This document shows positions 9,599-19,881 of a stretch of 64,000 bases of DNA, piece by piece. Every line of letters begins with the position of its first letter. Position 1 is the first letter of the stretch. A model generated the notes under the pieces. It saw only the letters and a list, made by a program, of their open reading frames with translations. It was not told where the DNA came from and searched no databases. The DNA is from Deltaproteobacteria bacterium (GTDB lineage: Bacteria > Myxococcota_A > Polyangia > Polyangiales > Houyiibacteriaceae), in the NCBI GenBank assembly GCA_034670305.1, contig JAXMNT010000019.1, positions 64,001-128,000 of the forward strand, in the 5' to 3' direction. The position numbers were made by a program, and so were the translations under genes.

Positions 9599-10891
9599 CT
9601 ACGGGCGGCTGTAGCTGTTGTGGGTGTGGTGGTGGTGAAAGGGCCAGCCGCCGTCGGCGCCGTACCCGAGGATGCGCGCGCGGCGGAGCTCGTCGGCGGT
9701 GATGGCACCGTCGGCGCGCAGGGCACTCAGTTCGCGTTCGAAGTCGTCGGCCAAGGTCTCGTCGATGCCGAACACGCGCACGAGTGGTGTCGAGGCGAGC
9801 TTCGCGAACCAGTAAGCCTGCCGCTCCCAGTCGATGATGTTCTCTTCGGTGGTGCAGAAGTAGCCGTCGTTGTGCACGCCCGCGACACCGTTGTTGTTGT
9901 TGTCGCTGCCGTCGCCGCAGATGATCTGCGGGTTGTTGCTGCCGTCGGTCTGGTAGTAGGCGATGTCGAGGTCGTCGCCGCGGTGGGTCGACTCCGGGTG
10001 CCGCGGGGATCCGCTGTCGACACCAGGCGTCAGGCCGTTCGACTGGCTGAGATCCGCGAGGCCGATCGGCTGGGTGCCCGGGTATCGGAGCAGGACTTCG
10101 CACGCGGCGTACTGGACCAGCATCGTGAGGTCGCGCCGGAGGTACGAGTACGCGCGCGTGCTGCCGATGTAGTAGCCGGCCGTCTGCGCTTCGGTGCTCA
10201 GCGGATCTTGCGAGCCAGGCATCGCGATGATGTCCGTGCAGTCGGAGCCGACGCACTCCCAAGTCGGGCAACCGCTGGGCAACAGACACACGCCTTCGGT
10301 GCAGGTGCTGCCTTCCGGACAGGGCCCGGTCGGGGTCTCTGCGCTGCAGCGCGCGGTGCAGGCACCGTCGACGCACGCTTCGGCCCCTTCGCACACCCCG
10401 TCCGGGTTCTCGGGCGAACACACGCCGGCACCGCAGTACGAACCACACCCTGGATCACAGGACGTGTCCGCGGTCGCGACGCACGAACCATCGCCATCGC
10501 ACATGCCCGCGCAGGTGAACGCATCGCAGTCGGGCCAACAGATGGACCCTTCGGACTCCGACAGCCCCCAGCAGCGCGAGCCAGCGCCGCACTCGAGGCT
10601 CGAACCCGCTTCGCTGCACTCCGCCGATGCGCGGTTCATGCAGATGCCGAACACGCAGATGCCAGGGTTCGCCTCGGTGCCTTCGCAGTTGCTATCGCAC
10701 GTGCAGAGCGACCCGGGCGGCACCACCTCGGTGGGGCCGGCGTCGTTGCCCGCATCGTCGACCGAGAGCGCGTCCGTGGCGCCCGCATCGCTCGAGCCCG
10801 CGTCGGTCCCGACCATGGCGTCGTCGTCCCCGCAACCCCAGAGCGCGAGCCCGCACACCAACACACACCGCATCCACGTCGTTCGAATCAT
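9599..10891 (-). CDS. Cys-rich lipoprotein with C-terminal MepA-like (LAS) metallopeptidase domain
   Basis: LWGC lipobox and Cys-rich repeats. 'IGLADLS...RHPESTHRGDDLDIAYY' and a terminal HHHHTH resemble MepA zinc motifs. Confidence 0.7.
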   Translation of the reverse strand: MIRTTWMRCVLVCGLALWGCGDDDAMVGTDAGSSDAGATDALSVDDAGNDAGPTEVVPPGSLCTCDSNCEGTEANPGICVFGICMNRASAECSEAGSSLECGAGSRCWGLSESEGSICWPDCDAFTCAGMCDGDGSCVATADTSCDPGCGSYCGAGVCSPENPDGVCEGAEACVDGACTARCSAETPTGPCPEGSTCTEGVCLLPSGCPTWECVGSDCTDIIAMPGSQDPLSTEAQTAGYYIGSTRAYSYLRRDLTMLVQYAACEVLLRYPGTQPIGLADLSQSNGLTPGVDSGSPRHPESTHRGDDLDIAYYQTDGSNNPQIICGDGSDNNNNGVAGVHNDGYFCTTEENIIDWERQAYWFAKLASTPLVRVFGIDETLADDFERELSALRADGAITADELRRARILGYGADGGWPFHHHHTHNSYSRP

Positions 10892-11035
10892 CGCGTTCAC
10901 TTTTCGACGGCTGCGTCCCCCGCGCCGTCCCCTCCGGCCCGGTGGATGGCACCCGCCCGTGTCGGCCGCAACCGGTCGAACTGTGCACAGTCGGGACGGT
11001 TGGCGGAGCTCGGGCCTGCGTGACAGGGTTTGGGC

Positions 11036-11560
11036 ATGGCCGTCACCGACACGATCGCTCGCTTCGCCCCCAACTTCTCCATCGAGTCCGGCGACAGGAA
11101 CTTCGTCAAAGACGCCTGGGATCGACTCCACAAGGTTCCTGGTGGCAAGGCTGTCTTCTCGAAGTTGATCGGGCGGGTCGCCCCCTACACCGGCACCGTC
11201 GGTGCGAAAGTGGAGTCGCTCTCGATGGGTCGGGCCGAGGTCCGAATGAAGGACCGCCCCCACGTGCGGAACCACCTCAAGTGCGTACACGCGGTCGCGC
11301 TGGTCAACCTGGCGGAGCTCACCGGCAACGTCGCGCTCGCCTACTCCATGCCGAGCGACGCCCGATTCATCGTCGCAGGGCTGAGCATCGACTACCTGAA
11401 GAAGGCACGCGGCACCCTCAGGGGCATCTGCGAGTGCCCGGTGGTGACCTCGAACCAGAAACACGAGTACCAGGTCCCGGTGTCGATTCAGAACGCAGCG
11501 GGCGAAGAGGTCGCGCGCGTCACGCTGCGCACGCTGGTCGGTCCGAAGAAGAAGCACTGA
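11036..11560 (+). CDS. Hotdog-fold thioesterase (PaaI/DUF4442-like)
   Basis: NHLKCVHAVAL..LAE and IDYLKKARG motifs. Confidence 0.85.
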   Translation: MAVTDTIARFAPNFSIESGDRNFVKDAWDRLHKVPGGKAVFSKLIGRVAPYTGTVGAKVESLSMGRAEVRMKDRPHVRNHLKCVHAVALVNLAELTGNVALAYSMPSDARFIVAGLSIDYLKKARGTLRGICECPVVTSNQKHEYQVPVSIQNAAGEEVARVTLRTLVGPKKKH

Positions 11561-11563
11561 CGC

Positions 11564-12634
11564 GTGGCCAGTGCTGTCGAAGCCAGTGCTGTCGAAGCCA
11601 GTGCTGTCGAACCCGGTGCGATCGAACCCAGTGCGATCGAACCCTTCGTTCGAATGGCCCTGGGGTGCACCGAGCAGGCCTACCCCAACCAGATCGCGCA
11701 CCGACTCGACTCGGACGCGGACGCCCGGCTGCCCCGCGAGCTGACCCCCGTGTTCTACGGCTGCTACGACTGGCACTCGGCGGTCCACGGCCATTGGTTG
11801 ATCGCGCGCGCCGCGCGCGTCCTTCCTGGCTCCCCGATCAGCGCGCCGTGCCGTGCACAGCTCGAACGAAGTCTCACGGTCTCTGGGCTCGAGGCCGAAC
11901 ACGCGTACCTCTCCGCCCACCCGGGGTTCGAGCGTCCTTACGGGCTCGCTTGGCTGCTCACGTTGCATCTCGAGTTGCACGAGTGGGCGCACGACGACCC
12001 CCAGGCCGCATCCTGGAGTGCCCGGCTCGCCCCACTGGCCGGGCTCGCCGCAGAGCGGTTCGACGCGTGGTTGCCGAAGCTGCTCGGCCCGACGCGGAGC
12101 GGGACCCACGCGCAGACCGCGTTTTCGCTCGGGCTCGCGATCGACTGGGCGGCGCGGCTCGACTCGGACCGAGCCACGGCCTGGAAAGCGCAGGCGGTGC
12201 GTCTGCATGGGGGCGACCGCGACCTGCCTGCGCACCTCGAACCCGCCGGGGAAGACTTCCTCTCGGGAAGCCTCGGAGCCGCCGACCTGATGCGCCGGGT
12301 GCTGAGCGCCGATGACTTCGCCGCGTGGCTCGAGCGTGCGCTCCCCGACTTCGGGTCAATCCCCTGGCGCCCGGTGAAGGTCTCCGACGCGGCGGACGGT
12401 CGGCTGGCCCACCTCGATGGACTCAACCTCTCGCGTGCATTCCAGCTCGCTGGCATCGCCGCGGCGCTCCCGGCCGGACCCACGCGCGAGGCCGCGCTCT
12501 CCGCGTCGAACGACCACCGCGAGTTCGGGATCTCCGAGACGTTGGCGAACGCGAAGACCCACTACGCCGGGTCCCACTGGCTGGGAAGTTTCGCGATGTA
12601 CCTGCTGACCGAACGCGGCCTGCGCCCGCACTGA
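11564..12634 (+). CDS. DUF2891 family protein
   Basis: PVFYGCYDWHSAVHGHW, FERPYGLAW, HLDGLNLSRA and HWLGSFA. The N-terminus has 15-bp tandem repeats, so the start is uncertain. Confidence 0.85.
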   Translation: MASAVEASAVEASAVEPGAIEPSAIEPFVRMALGCTEQAYPNQIAHRLDSDADARLPRELTPVFYGCYDWHSAVHGHWLIARAARVLPGSPISAPCRAQLERSLTVSGLEAEHAYLSAHPGFERPYGLAWLLTLHLELHEWAHDDPQAASWSARLAPLAGLAAERFDAWLPKLLGPTRSGTHAQTAFSLGLAIDWAARLDSDRATAWKAQAVRLHGGDRDLPAHLEPAGEDFLSGSLGAADLMRRVLSADDFAAWLERALPDFGSIPWRPVKVSDAADGRLAHLDGLNLSRAFQLAGIAAALPAGPTREAALSASNDHREFGISETLANAKTHYAGSHWLGSFAMYLLTERGLRPH

Positions 12635-12655
12635 GTCTCGCGCACGCCGGCAGCG

Positions 12656-15600
12656 CTAGGGCACGAAGACTTCGCGCCGGCTCGCACCGGCGACCACCTG
12701 CACCGGAGTGAGCCTCATCGGCGTGGTCTCGTTCGCGAGCCACTGGGTGGCCTGGTCGGAGAACCGGTCGCTCTCGGGATCCCCACTCTGCCCGCCCGGC
12801 AGGATGTTGCGGCCCGTCGTCTCGTCGCCGCGCAGCGCCACGACCATCCGGAACACCGGGATCGATCCGAACCGGAACCGCGTGCCGCCGAAGCCACTGT
12901 TCGCGGCATCGAGCACGAAGTTGTCCCCGCCGCGGGGGAAACCGTCCAAGGGGAAGCGCGGGTCACCTTCGGTCAGATCCGGCGCGAGGGGAAGCGTCTC
13001 GGTGGTGATGGAGAAGCTGTCGGCGATGAACCCGAACGCGTCGTCGCCCTCGAGGAAGTCGGCGATGAGCGCATCGAACCGGGTCGTGTGCCGCAGACCC
13101 CAGCGCCAAGCGTCCATGTCCATGGAACCGAAGCCGCCGTCGGCGCCGTCCGGATCGGAAGCGAGGAACGCGAGCGCGTCGCCAAGTGCCAGGAGCGCGT
13201 CTTCGGTCGCAGTCTCCACCGGCGCGGTCTCCCGCACGTCGAAGAACGCGGACTCACCGGTGGCCGCGAGGAACGACGCGAGGTCGAGCGGGTTGGCGGC
13301 GCCGCGGCCTTCGATGAGTCGGGTCAGGATGCGCATGCGGCCGCCGCTGCCGGTCGGTGTGAAGGTGTTGGACGGGAACGCTTCGTCCCCGAACACACGC
13401 GCCTCGAAGGGTCCGAGCCAGGCGTTGAAGAGGGTCGTCGCGACCGAGTCGTTCGCGGCATCCGCGTCCGGGGCCGCGGCGTAGAACGTCTCGACGCCGC
13501 TGGCCGCCACGAAGCCCCGGTCCCGCCACCCCTCGAGCCGCGTCTCCACTTCGTCGAAGCGCGCGCTCGACGCGGTGTAGAGCGCAGCCAACCGGGCTTC
13601 GACCGAATCGGCCGGAGGGTCGCCCGCGGCGGCGGTGCGGCCGGCGTCGATGGCTTCGAGCACGAGCGGCACCATCAGTTCGCCGAGCGGTGACTTGATG
13701 TCCGCCTGCAGCGCCGCCATCGCGTCTTCGTCGATCGTGCCAGCCATCGCGCGCAAGCGCTCGTCGATGCGGTGCGCGCGGAAGTCCTCGTGCCACGGAC
13801 CGCCGATGTACCAGGGGTCGTTCTGCAAATCGTTGTCGAGCGTCATGTCGCCTGGGTCGTTGTTCGCGCTCACGACGAACCCGCGCGTGGGATCGATCGC
13901 CGCCGGGTACTCGTCCGCCGGCACGACGCAGGTGCTGTCGGTGGTGCCCATGGATTCGTCGACCCGGCCTTCGGGTGTCAGCGGCAACGTGAAGCCGCCG
14001 AAGCGGGTGCCGTCGATCAAGAAGTTCGGATGCGCGCCTTCCGACCACCGGCCGTCCAAGTCGCGGGGAAGGTGCGCGCGGCATGGCATCACCTGGTAGG
14101 GCAGGTAGAGCACGCTGCCGGTCGAGTCCGCCGCGACGACGTTCTGCGAGTACGCGACCAACGCGCCGGCGGACGCGCGCATCTCTTCGACGGTCTCGGC
14201 GTGGCCCCAGTCGTCGAGCGTGAGCGCGAAGTTCGGTCCGTCGAGCGCGGTGTAGTCGAAACTGATCGCGCGGATGACGCCGTCGTCGTCCTCGTCTTCG
14301 GGGATCACCCAGTCGCCGAGCAGGTTCACCGCGGTCTCTCCGGGACCCGCGTCGGCCGGACCGTCGACCGTGCGCCCTTCGATGCTGGTGATCAGCCGAC
14401 CGTCGTAGGTGACGTAGCGGGTGATGATCTCGGTGCGGCCCACGCTTCCGAGCGCCGGCCGATCGGCGATCTCGAACACCTCTTCCACCGCGACCAGCGC
14501 GCGCGACTCGGCGCCGAACCGCGTGGACACCGGCGCACCCTCGGCATCGAGCTCCAGCTCGTCCGCGTACCAGTCGGTGATGTCTCCGAAGAACTGCGTC
14601 TGGTTCCAAGCGACCCGTCCATTGGTACCCACCGCGAGCATCGGGATGCCTGGGAACACCAGCCCAACCTGTTGCGTGTCGCCGCCACCGAGCAGTTTCG
14701 TGTCGAGCCCCATCCGATAGAAGAGCGTCGGCACGCTGCCCGGCAGGTGCCCATCCGCCGCGAGGATCGCGGCGCCGTCGCGCGTCTGGTCGCCGGACAC
14801 CGCCCACGCGTTGGAGCCGAAGCCTTCGTCATGGGTTCGGCCGAGCCGGAGTTGCTGGCGGTCGGTGTGGGCGATGAGCCGATCGAGCGCCGAACCCATC
14901 GCGGGTCGGAAGCGGAGATCGACCCGGCTCGGTCGCATGGAGATCAGGGCGAGGTCGTCGCCGGTCGCGAGCCCCCAACCACCCGCCGACGTGTAGCCGC
15001 GGCTGTTGGTGACGCGAAAGAACGCGTCGAACAAACCCGCGCTGCGTTCTGCCTCCAGCGGCGCACCCTCGAAATGGGTCTCGAGCGCCGCGAGACCACG
15101 CGCCCGGCCGAGGTCGGTGGTCTCGTAGCCCAGCGAGTACGCGATGGTCACGGCGATCGCTGCGACGTCACGCACCGCGAAGTCCTCCATCAACTCGTGC
15201 GGCTGCACGGTGAAGAGCGGGGCGGCCAACGCGTACTCGCGGGGCCCGAACACTTCCCGCCGGCGCACCGCGGCGATGTACGCGTTCACGCCCTCGGCGA
15301 AGCTCTGGTAGAGCGCGCGCTGCTGGTCTGTGAGGCGCGCCATCATGCCGTCGAGCACCACGGTCGTGCCGGTGCCGCGCTGTTCGAGGTCCACGCCGAG
15401 CGCGTCTTGACCGAGCAGCGCGCTGATCGTGCCCTGCGAGAGCCGGCGCGCCATGTCCATCTCGAAGAACCGATCCCGCGCGACCACGAATCCCGACACC
15501 CGCGCCAGGTCCTCGCGGTTCTCTGCGTAGACGTGTGGCACGTCCGATTCGGTGAAGACGACGTGCGCCGCGCCACCGAGCCCGGGCAGCGTCCAGCGCC

Positions 15601-15784
15601 TCGACTCTTCCACGTCGCCGATCACCGGCGGCGGTTCGAGAAACGCATCGGTGCCGGCATCCAACGCGGGCGCGTCGGAGCCCGCGTCGCCCACCACGTC
15701 GTCGTCTCCGCACCCAAGCGTGGCGCACGCCGCCCACACGAACAGCCACCCACGCCCGCTCCACAACCGTCCCGGTGTCCCCAT
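12656..15784 (-). CDS. Penicillin acylase family (Ntn-hydrolase, S45) lipoprotein
   Basis: VPHVYA, ARDRFFEMD, GSNAWAVSG nucleophile, SANN and PGGQSGDP; LGC lipobox. Confidence 0.92.
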   Translation of the reverse strand: MGTPGRLWSGRGWLFVWAACATLGCGDDDVVGDAGSDAPALDAGTDAFLEPPPVIGDVEESRRWTLPGLGGAAHVVFTESDVPHVYAENREDLARVSGFVVARDRFFEMDMARRLSQGTISALLGQDALGVDLEQRGTGTTVVLDGMMARLTDQQRALYQSFAEGVNAYIAAVRRREVFGPREYALAAPLFTVQPHELMEDFAVRDVAAIAVTIAYSLGYETTDLGRARGLAALETHFEGAPLEAERSAGLFDAFFRVTNSRGYTSAGGWGLATGDDLALISMRPSRVDLRFRPAMGSALDRLIAHTDRQQLRLGRTHDEGFGSNAWAVSGDQTRDGAAILAADGHLPGSVPTLFYRMGLDTKLLGGGDTQQVGLVFPGIPMLAVGTNGRVAWNQTQFFGDITDWYADELELDAEGAPVSTRFGAESRALVAVEEVFEIADRPALGSVGRTEIITRYVTYDGRLITSIEGRTVDGPADAGPGETAVNLLGDWVIPEDEDDDGVIRAISFDYTALDGPNFALTLDDWGHAETVEEMRASAGALVAYSQNVVAADSTGSVLYLPYQVMPCRAHLPRDLDGRWSEGAHPNFLIDGTRFGGFTLPLTPEGRVDESMGTTDSTCVVPADEYPAAIDPTRGFVVSANNDPGDMTLDNDLQNDPWYIGGPWHEDFRAHRIDERLRAMAGTIDEDAMAALQADIKSPLGELMVPLVLEAIDAGRTAAAGDPPADSVEARLAALYTASSARFDEVETRLEGWRDRGFVAASGVETFYAAAPDADAANDSVATTLFNAWLGPFEARVFGDEAFPSNTFTPTGSGGRMRILTRLIEGRGAANPLDLASFLAATGESAFFDVRETAPVETATEDALLALGDALAFLASDPDGADGGFGSMDMDAWRWGLRHTTRFDALIADFLEGDDAFGFIADSFSITTETLPLAPDLTEGDPRFPLDGFPRGGDNFVLDAANSGFGGTRFRFGSIPVFRMVVALRGDETTGRNILPGGQSGDPESDRFSDQATQWLANETTPMRLTPVQVVAGASRREVFVP

Positions 15785-15986
15785 GCGCCCATCATAGAGA
15801 ACCCGGCCACCGCCGGTCCGCCCCGTCCTTGCAGCTGATGCGTTCAAGATCCGGACGATCTGCCACCCGGGGAACCATCGCGCTTAATCTATGAATCTCC
15901 ATGGGTTGCGGCTCTTGCTGGCGAACGATGCGCCAGTCTGTCCCAGGCTCCGGGTGCGCATGGCTTATACTTTGGGGCCACTGCTC

Positions 15987-16003
15987 TTGGTGCACCGTTT
16001 GCA
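15987..16003 (+). promoter_or_regulatory. Candidate sigma54 (-24/-12) promoter
   Basis: TTGGTGCACCGTTTGCA fits GG-N10-GC and ends 12 nt before the ATG at 16016. Confidence 0.5.
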
Positions 16004-16015
16004 AAGCCAGAACCC

Positions 16016-17548
16016 ATGACTTCCATCCCGCCCCGCAGCGCCCTTCTCTGCCTCGGTGTCACGCTCGCCCTCACCACCGCGTGCGTGGCCGCGGGCCCCT
16101 CGCCCGAGTTCGAGGAATACGAAGAAGTCGGCCAGCTCGAGTCCCTGCTCACGCCGGCCCAGCGCCGGGCGCGCGCCGCCCAGATCCGAGACGCAGCGTT
16201 CGCAAACGGCATGACCCAGGGCTGGATGTTGGCGGGCATCGCCGACGCCGAGACCTCGATGTCGCACTGTTGGTCGGAGCTCACCTGGGCATGCCAGGGA
16301 CCGAACAGCGCAGACTGCGGTGGTGGTCCCGTGGTCGCGGGTGCAGGCGACGGACCGTGTTCCATCCGCCAGGGCGGACTCGGCATGTTCCAGTTCGACG
16401 CGGGCACCTACGAGCAGACGCTGGCACGCGAAGGCGATCGGATCCTCAGCATCGCGGGCAACGTGGCGGCCGCGGTCGACTTCGTCGTCGCGATGGTCAT
16501 TCGCTCGGTCTACATCAGTGGCGTCGACAACGCAGCGCAGGCGATCGAATGGATGAACGGCGTCCGGGTGGGCAACGGTCGCTGGGACCCGTGGATCCGC
16601 ACCGTCACGCACTACTACAACGGCTGCACGCCGAGCGCCGGCTGCTTCCCCGAACGGTACGGACGCTACAGAGACTTCACGAGCGGCGTGCGCGACGAGA
16701 TGGGCGCGGACTTCTGGAGCGTGGACCAGTGGTCGGCCCAATGGGTCTCGCAGTCCTTCCCGCTCGCAGCGGCACCCTTCGAGCTCGCGCCCGGCGAGAC
16801 CTCGGCCGGCAACATCGTGCTCCGCAACACCGGCACCCAAGCGTGGACCCCTGGCGCCACCTTCCTCGGCACCACCGAGCCGCGCGATGTGGCGAGCCCG
16901 ATCGCTGGACCGGACTGGATCAGCGCCGGCCGGGCCGCGACGGTGGACCGAACCGTGGCACCGGGAGAGAACGGCACCTTCTCGTTCAGCGTGCAGGGCC
17001 CGGCGACGGCGGGCGACTACCCGCAGTTCTTCAACCTCGTGCAAGAGGGCGTGGCCTGGTTCAGCGCGCCCGCGGACGACCAGATGCAGATCCGGGTCAC
17101 CGTGGTGGCCAGCAGCTGTCCGGCGGGCGTCGGCTCGATGTGGACGTGCGACGGCAGCGCACGTCAGCGATGCATCACCGGCTCGGTCGAACGCACCGAG
17201 TGTCCGGGCGAGTGCGCCGACGGCGCGTGCCTCGGCGTGCCGGGCGACGAAGACGGCGACGGACACAACGACAGCGTCGACTGCGACGACACCGACCCGG
17301 ACGTCTACCCCGGCGCGGAAGACCCGTGCGGCGACGGAGTCGACTCCAACTGCGACGGCAACGATCTCTGTCCCGGCGAAGACGGCGGGCCGGGCACCGG
17401 CGACGGCGGCCCGGGCGCAGACGCAGGACCGGGCGGCGACTCGGGTCCGCGAGGCGGCGACATGGTCGTTGGCTGCTCGGCCAACGGTGGCGGCACGGGC
17501 GGCGCGGTCCTCCTCGCGCTCGCCCTGCTCTACCGACGGCGTGACTAG
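16016..17548 (+). CDS. Surface protein: lysozyme/SLT-like domain, NBR1-like Ig domain, acidic Cys repeat, MYXO-CTERM-type anchor
   Basis: AGIADAET...GLGMFQF...NV..AVDF...YYNG; LRNTGTQAW..VAPGENGTF; DEDGDG..DCDD.DP.VYPGA..C.DGVDSNCDG; GCS..LLALALLYRRRD. Confidence 0.75.
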   Translation: MTSIPPRSALLCLGVTLALTTACVAAGPSPEFEEYEEVGQLESLLTPAQRRARAAQIRDAAFANGMTQGWMLAGIADAETSMSHCWSELTWACQGPNSADCGGGPVVAGAGDGPCSIRQGGLGMFQFDAGTYEQTLAREGDRILSIAGNVAAAVDFVVAMVIRSVYISGVDNAAQAIEWMNGVRVGNGRWDPWIRTVTHYYNGCTPSAGCFPERYGRYRDFTSGVRDEMGADFWSVDQWSAQWVSQSFPLAAAPFELAPGETSAGNIVLRNTGTQAWTPGATFLGTTEPRDVASPIAGPDWISAGRAATVDRTVAPGENGTFSFSVQGPATAGDYPQFFNLVQEGVAWFSAPADDQMQIRVTVVASSCPAGVGSMWTCDGSARQRCITGSVERTECPGECADGACLGVPGDEDGDGHNDSVDCDDTDPDVYPGAEDPCGDGVDSNCDGNDLCPGEDGGPGTGDGGPGADAGPGGDSGPRGGDMVVGCSANGGGTGGAVLLALALLYRRRD

Positions 17549-17575
17549 GCCCCTCCGGCCTCCTCCCCAACTTCG
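17549..17575 (+). repeat. Partial copy of dispersed REP-like element
   Basis: These 27 nt are identical to the reverse complement of 47204-47230, and 25 of them are identical to 32525-32549. Confidence 0.85.
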
Positions 17576-17584
17576 AGCCTCCTG

Positions 17585-19849
17585 TTAAGAAGGCTCTTTG
17601 TTCTCGATCGGATCGGGGAGCGTCGGGTGGGTCGGGCTTCGTTTGGTCGGACGGTGACGCACCGGACGCACGATGAACGGCCGCTCTGCGTGCGCGCGCT
17701 CCGACGCCTTCTGAGCAGCAGCCGCCGCGAGCTCGAGCAGCCGCTGCTGGCTGCGCAGTTGGGCGCCCTCGTCTTCTGCCCTGGGCACCGGCGCGAAGGT
17801 CCCGTCGGCGCGGAGCTCGCGCGCTTTGACGTCGTCCGCCAGGGACGTCTCCAGGATCTCGTCGATGATGCGCTTTCGCAGTCCTTCGTCGTCGACCGGG
17901 AACATGACTTCGACGCGGCGGTGAAAGTTGCGCGGCATCCAGTCGGCGCTCGCCCCGAACACCAGCCGGCGTCCGCCCGCCTCGAAGTAGAAGATGCGCG
18001 TGTGTTCGAGGAAACGGTCCACGATGCTGCGCACGCGGATGTTGTGGCTGATGCCCGGCATCTGCGGACGCAAGCAACAGATGCCGCGCACGATGAGATC
18101 GATCTGCACGCCGGCCTGTGATGCCCGGTAGAGCGCCTGGATCACGTCGGCGTCCTGGAGCGAGTTCATCTTCGCGATGATGCGGGCGGGTTTTCCGGCG
18201 CGCGCGTAGGCGGCTTCGCGCTCGATCATGCCGAGCACGGATTCGTGAAGGCCAAGCGGCGCCGCGATGAACCGGCGCCACTCACGCGGTGCGGTGCAGG
18301 AGGTGAGCAGGTTGAAGAGCGCGGTGGCGTCGTGGCCGAAGTCGGCGCGCGCGGTGAACAAGCTCAGGTCCGTGTAGAGCGTGGCGGTCTTGGGGTTGTA
18401 GTTGCCGGTGCCGAGGTGGACGTAGCGCCGAAGCTGCGGTCCTTCGCGGCGCACGATCAGCATCACCTTGCAGTGCGTCTTGAGACCGACGAGCCCGTAG
18501 ACGACGTGCACGCCGGATTCTTCGAGGCGGCGCGCCCAGTGGATGTTGTTCTCTTCGTCGAACCGCGCTTTGATCTCGACGAGCGCGGCGACCTGCTTGC
18601 CGTTCTCTGCGGCCCGCACGAGCGCTTTGACGATCGGGCTGTCGCCGCTCGTCCGGTAGAGCGTCTGTTTGATGGCCAAGACATCGGGGTCGGAGGCCGC
18701 GCGCTCGAGCAACGCCACCACGGGGTCGAAGCTCTCGTAGGGGTGGTGCAGCAGCACATCGTTGGCCCGGATCACATCGAACGGATCCAGCTCGAGGTCG
18801 AAGGCCGGAGACGCGGCCGGCGTGAACGACACGTCCTGCAGATCCCGTCGACCGCGCAGCGGTTTGGCGAGCTCTCCGAGATCCGGGAGCGCGAGCGGCG
18901 CTTCCACCTGGAACACGAGTCGCGAGTCGACCTCGAGCGCCTCCTCCAGCACCGCGACCGCCTCCGGCGCGCAGTCGGCGCTGACCTCGAGCACCACCGA
19001 GTTGCCGCGGTCGCGCCGACGAACCTCCTCGCGGATCTCCTCGAGCAGGTCCTCCGCTTCTTCTTCGTCGATGCTCAGGTCGTGGTTCCGGATCACGCGG
19101 AACGTCCACGCGCCCCGCCGGGTGAACCCGCGGAAGAGCTCTTCGACGTTGTCGGCGATCACGTCGTCGAGCAGCACGTAGGCGCGGTGGGATTCGTCGC
19201 CCGGGCCTTCGCCGATCGCACCGGTCGAGTGCTCGTCCGGCAGCACGTTCGGGACCGCGATCAAGCGCGGCAACACCGCCGGCACCTGCACGACCGCGAA
19301 GGCCGGATCGCCATCCTCTTCGCCCGAGAGCATCACGATGAGGTGCAGCCGTTTGTTCGGGACGTGCGGGAAAGGATGCCCGGGGTCGAGTGCCAGCGGG
19401 GTCAGGATCGGAAACACCTGCTCCTGGAAGTACTGCCGCAGCCGCGCGCGTTTCTCGTCGTCCAGATCCGAGGGCCGGCGCAGGAGCACCCCCTCGTCCT
19501 CGAGCAACGGGAGGATCTGGCCGAGAAACGTCTCAGAGATCTCGTCGATCATCTCCCCGACCCGATCGGCGATCGCGTCGAGCTGTTCGCTCGGCGTCAT
19601 GCCGTCCGGCGGCGTCTCGGTGACACCCTCGGCGCGCTGCTCGAGCAACCCGGCGACGCGCACCATGAAGAACTCCTCCAAGTTCGATCGCACGATGGTG
19701 AGGAACTTGAGGCGCTCCAGCAGTGGCACGCTCGGATCCCGCGCTTCGTCCAGCACCCGCTGGTTGAACTCGAGCCAGCTCAGCTCGCGGTTCAAAAACA
19801 GCTCGGGGCGATCGAGCGCGTCGGTCGTCTCTTCGGCGGTGCCGTCCAC
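17585..19849 (-). CDS. ppk1: Polyphosphate kinase 1
   Basis: FLNRELSWLEFNQRVL, HPFP, LLHHPYESF, IKQTLYRTS, ARFDEENNI, GTGNYN and SADWMPRNF; probable GTG start. Confidence 0.97.
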   Translation of the reverse strand: MDGTAEETTDALDRPELFLNRELSWLEFNQRVLDEARDPSVPLLERLKFLTIVRSNLEEFFMVRVAGLLEQRAEGVTETPPDGMTPSEQLDAIADRVGEMIDEISETFLGQILPLLEDEGVLLRRPSDLDDEKRARLRQYFQEQVFPILTPLALDPGHPFPHVPNKRLHLIVMLSGEEDGDPAFAVVQVPAVLPRLIAVPNVLPDEHSTGAIGEGPGDESHRAYVLLDDVIADNVEELFRGFTRRGAWTFRVIRNHDLSIDEEEAEDLLEEIREEVRRRDRGNSVVLEVSADCAPEAVAVLEEALEVDSRLVFQVEAPLALPDLGELAKPLRGRRDLQDVSFTPAASPAFDLELDPFDVIRANDVLLHHPYESFDPVVALLERAASDPDVLAIKQTLYRTSGDSPIVKALVRAAENGKQVAALVEIKARFDEENNIHWARRLEESGVHVVYGLVGLKTHCKVMLIVRREGPQLRRYVHLGTGNYNPKTATLYTDLSLFTARADFGHDATALFNLLTSCTAPREWRRFIAAPLGLHESVLGMIEREAAYARAGKPARIIAKMNSLQDADVIQALYRASQAGVQIDLIVRGICCLRPQMPGISHNIRVRSIVDRFLEHTRIFYFEAGGRRLVFGASADWMPRNFHRRVEVMFPVDDEGLRKRIIDEILETSLADDVKARELRADGTFAPVPRAEDEGAQLRSQQRLLELAAAAAQKASERAHAERPFIVRPVRHRPTKRSPTHPTLPDPIENKEPS

Positions 19850-19881
19850 GCCGTGGTTGTGGCCGCTCCCGCGCGGTCCGG

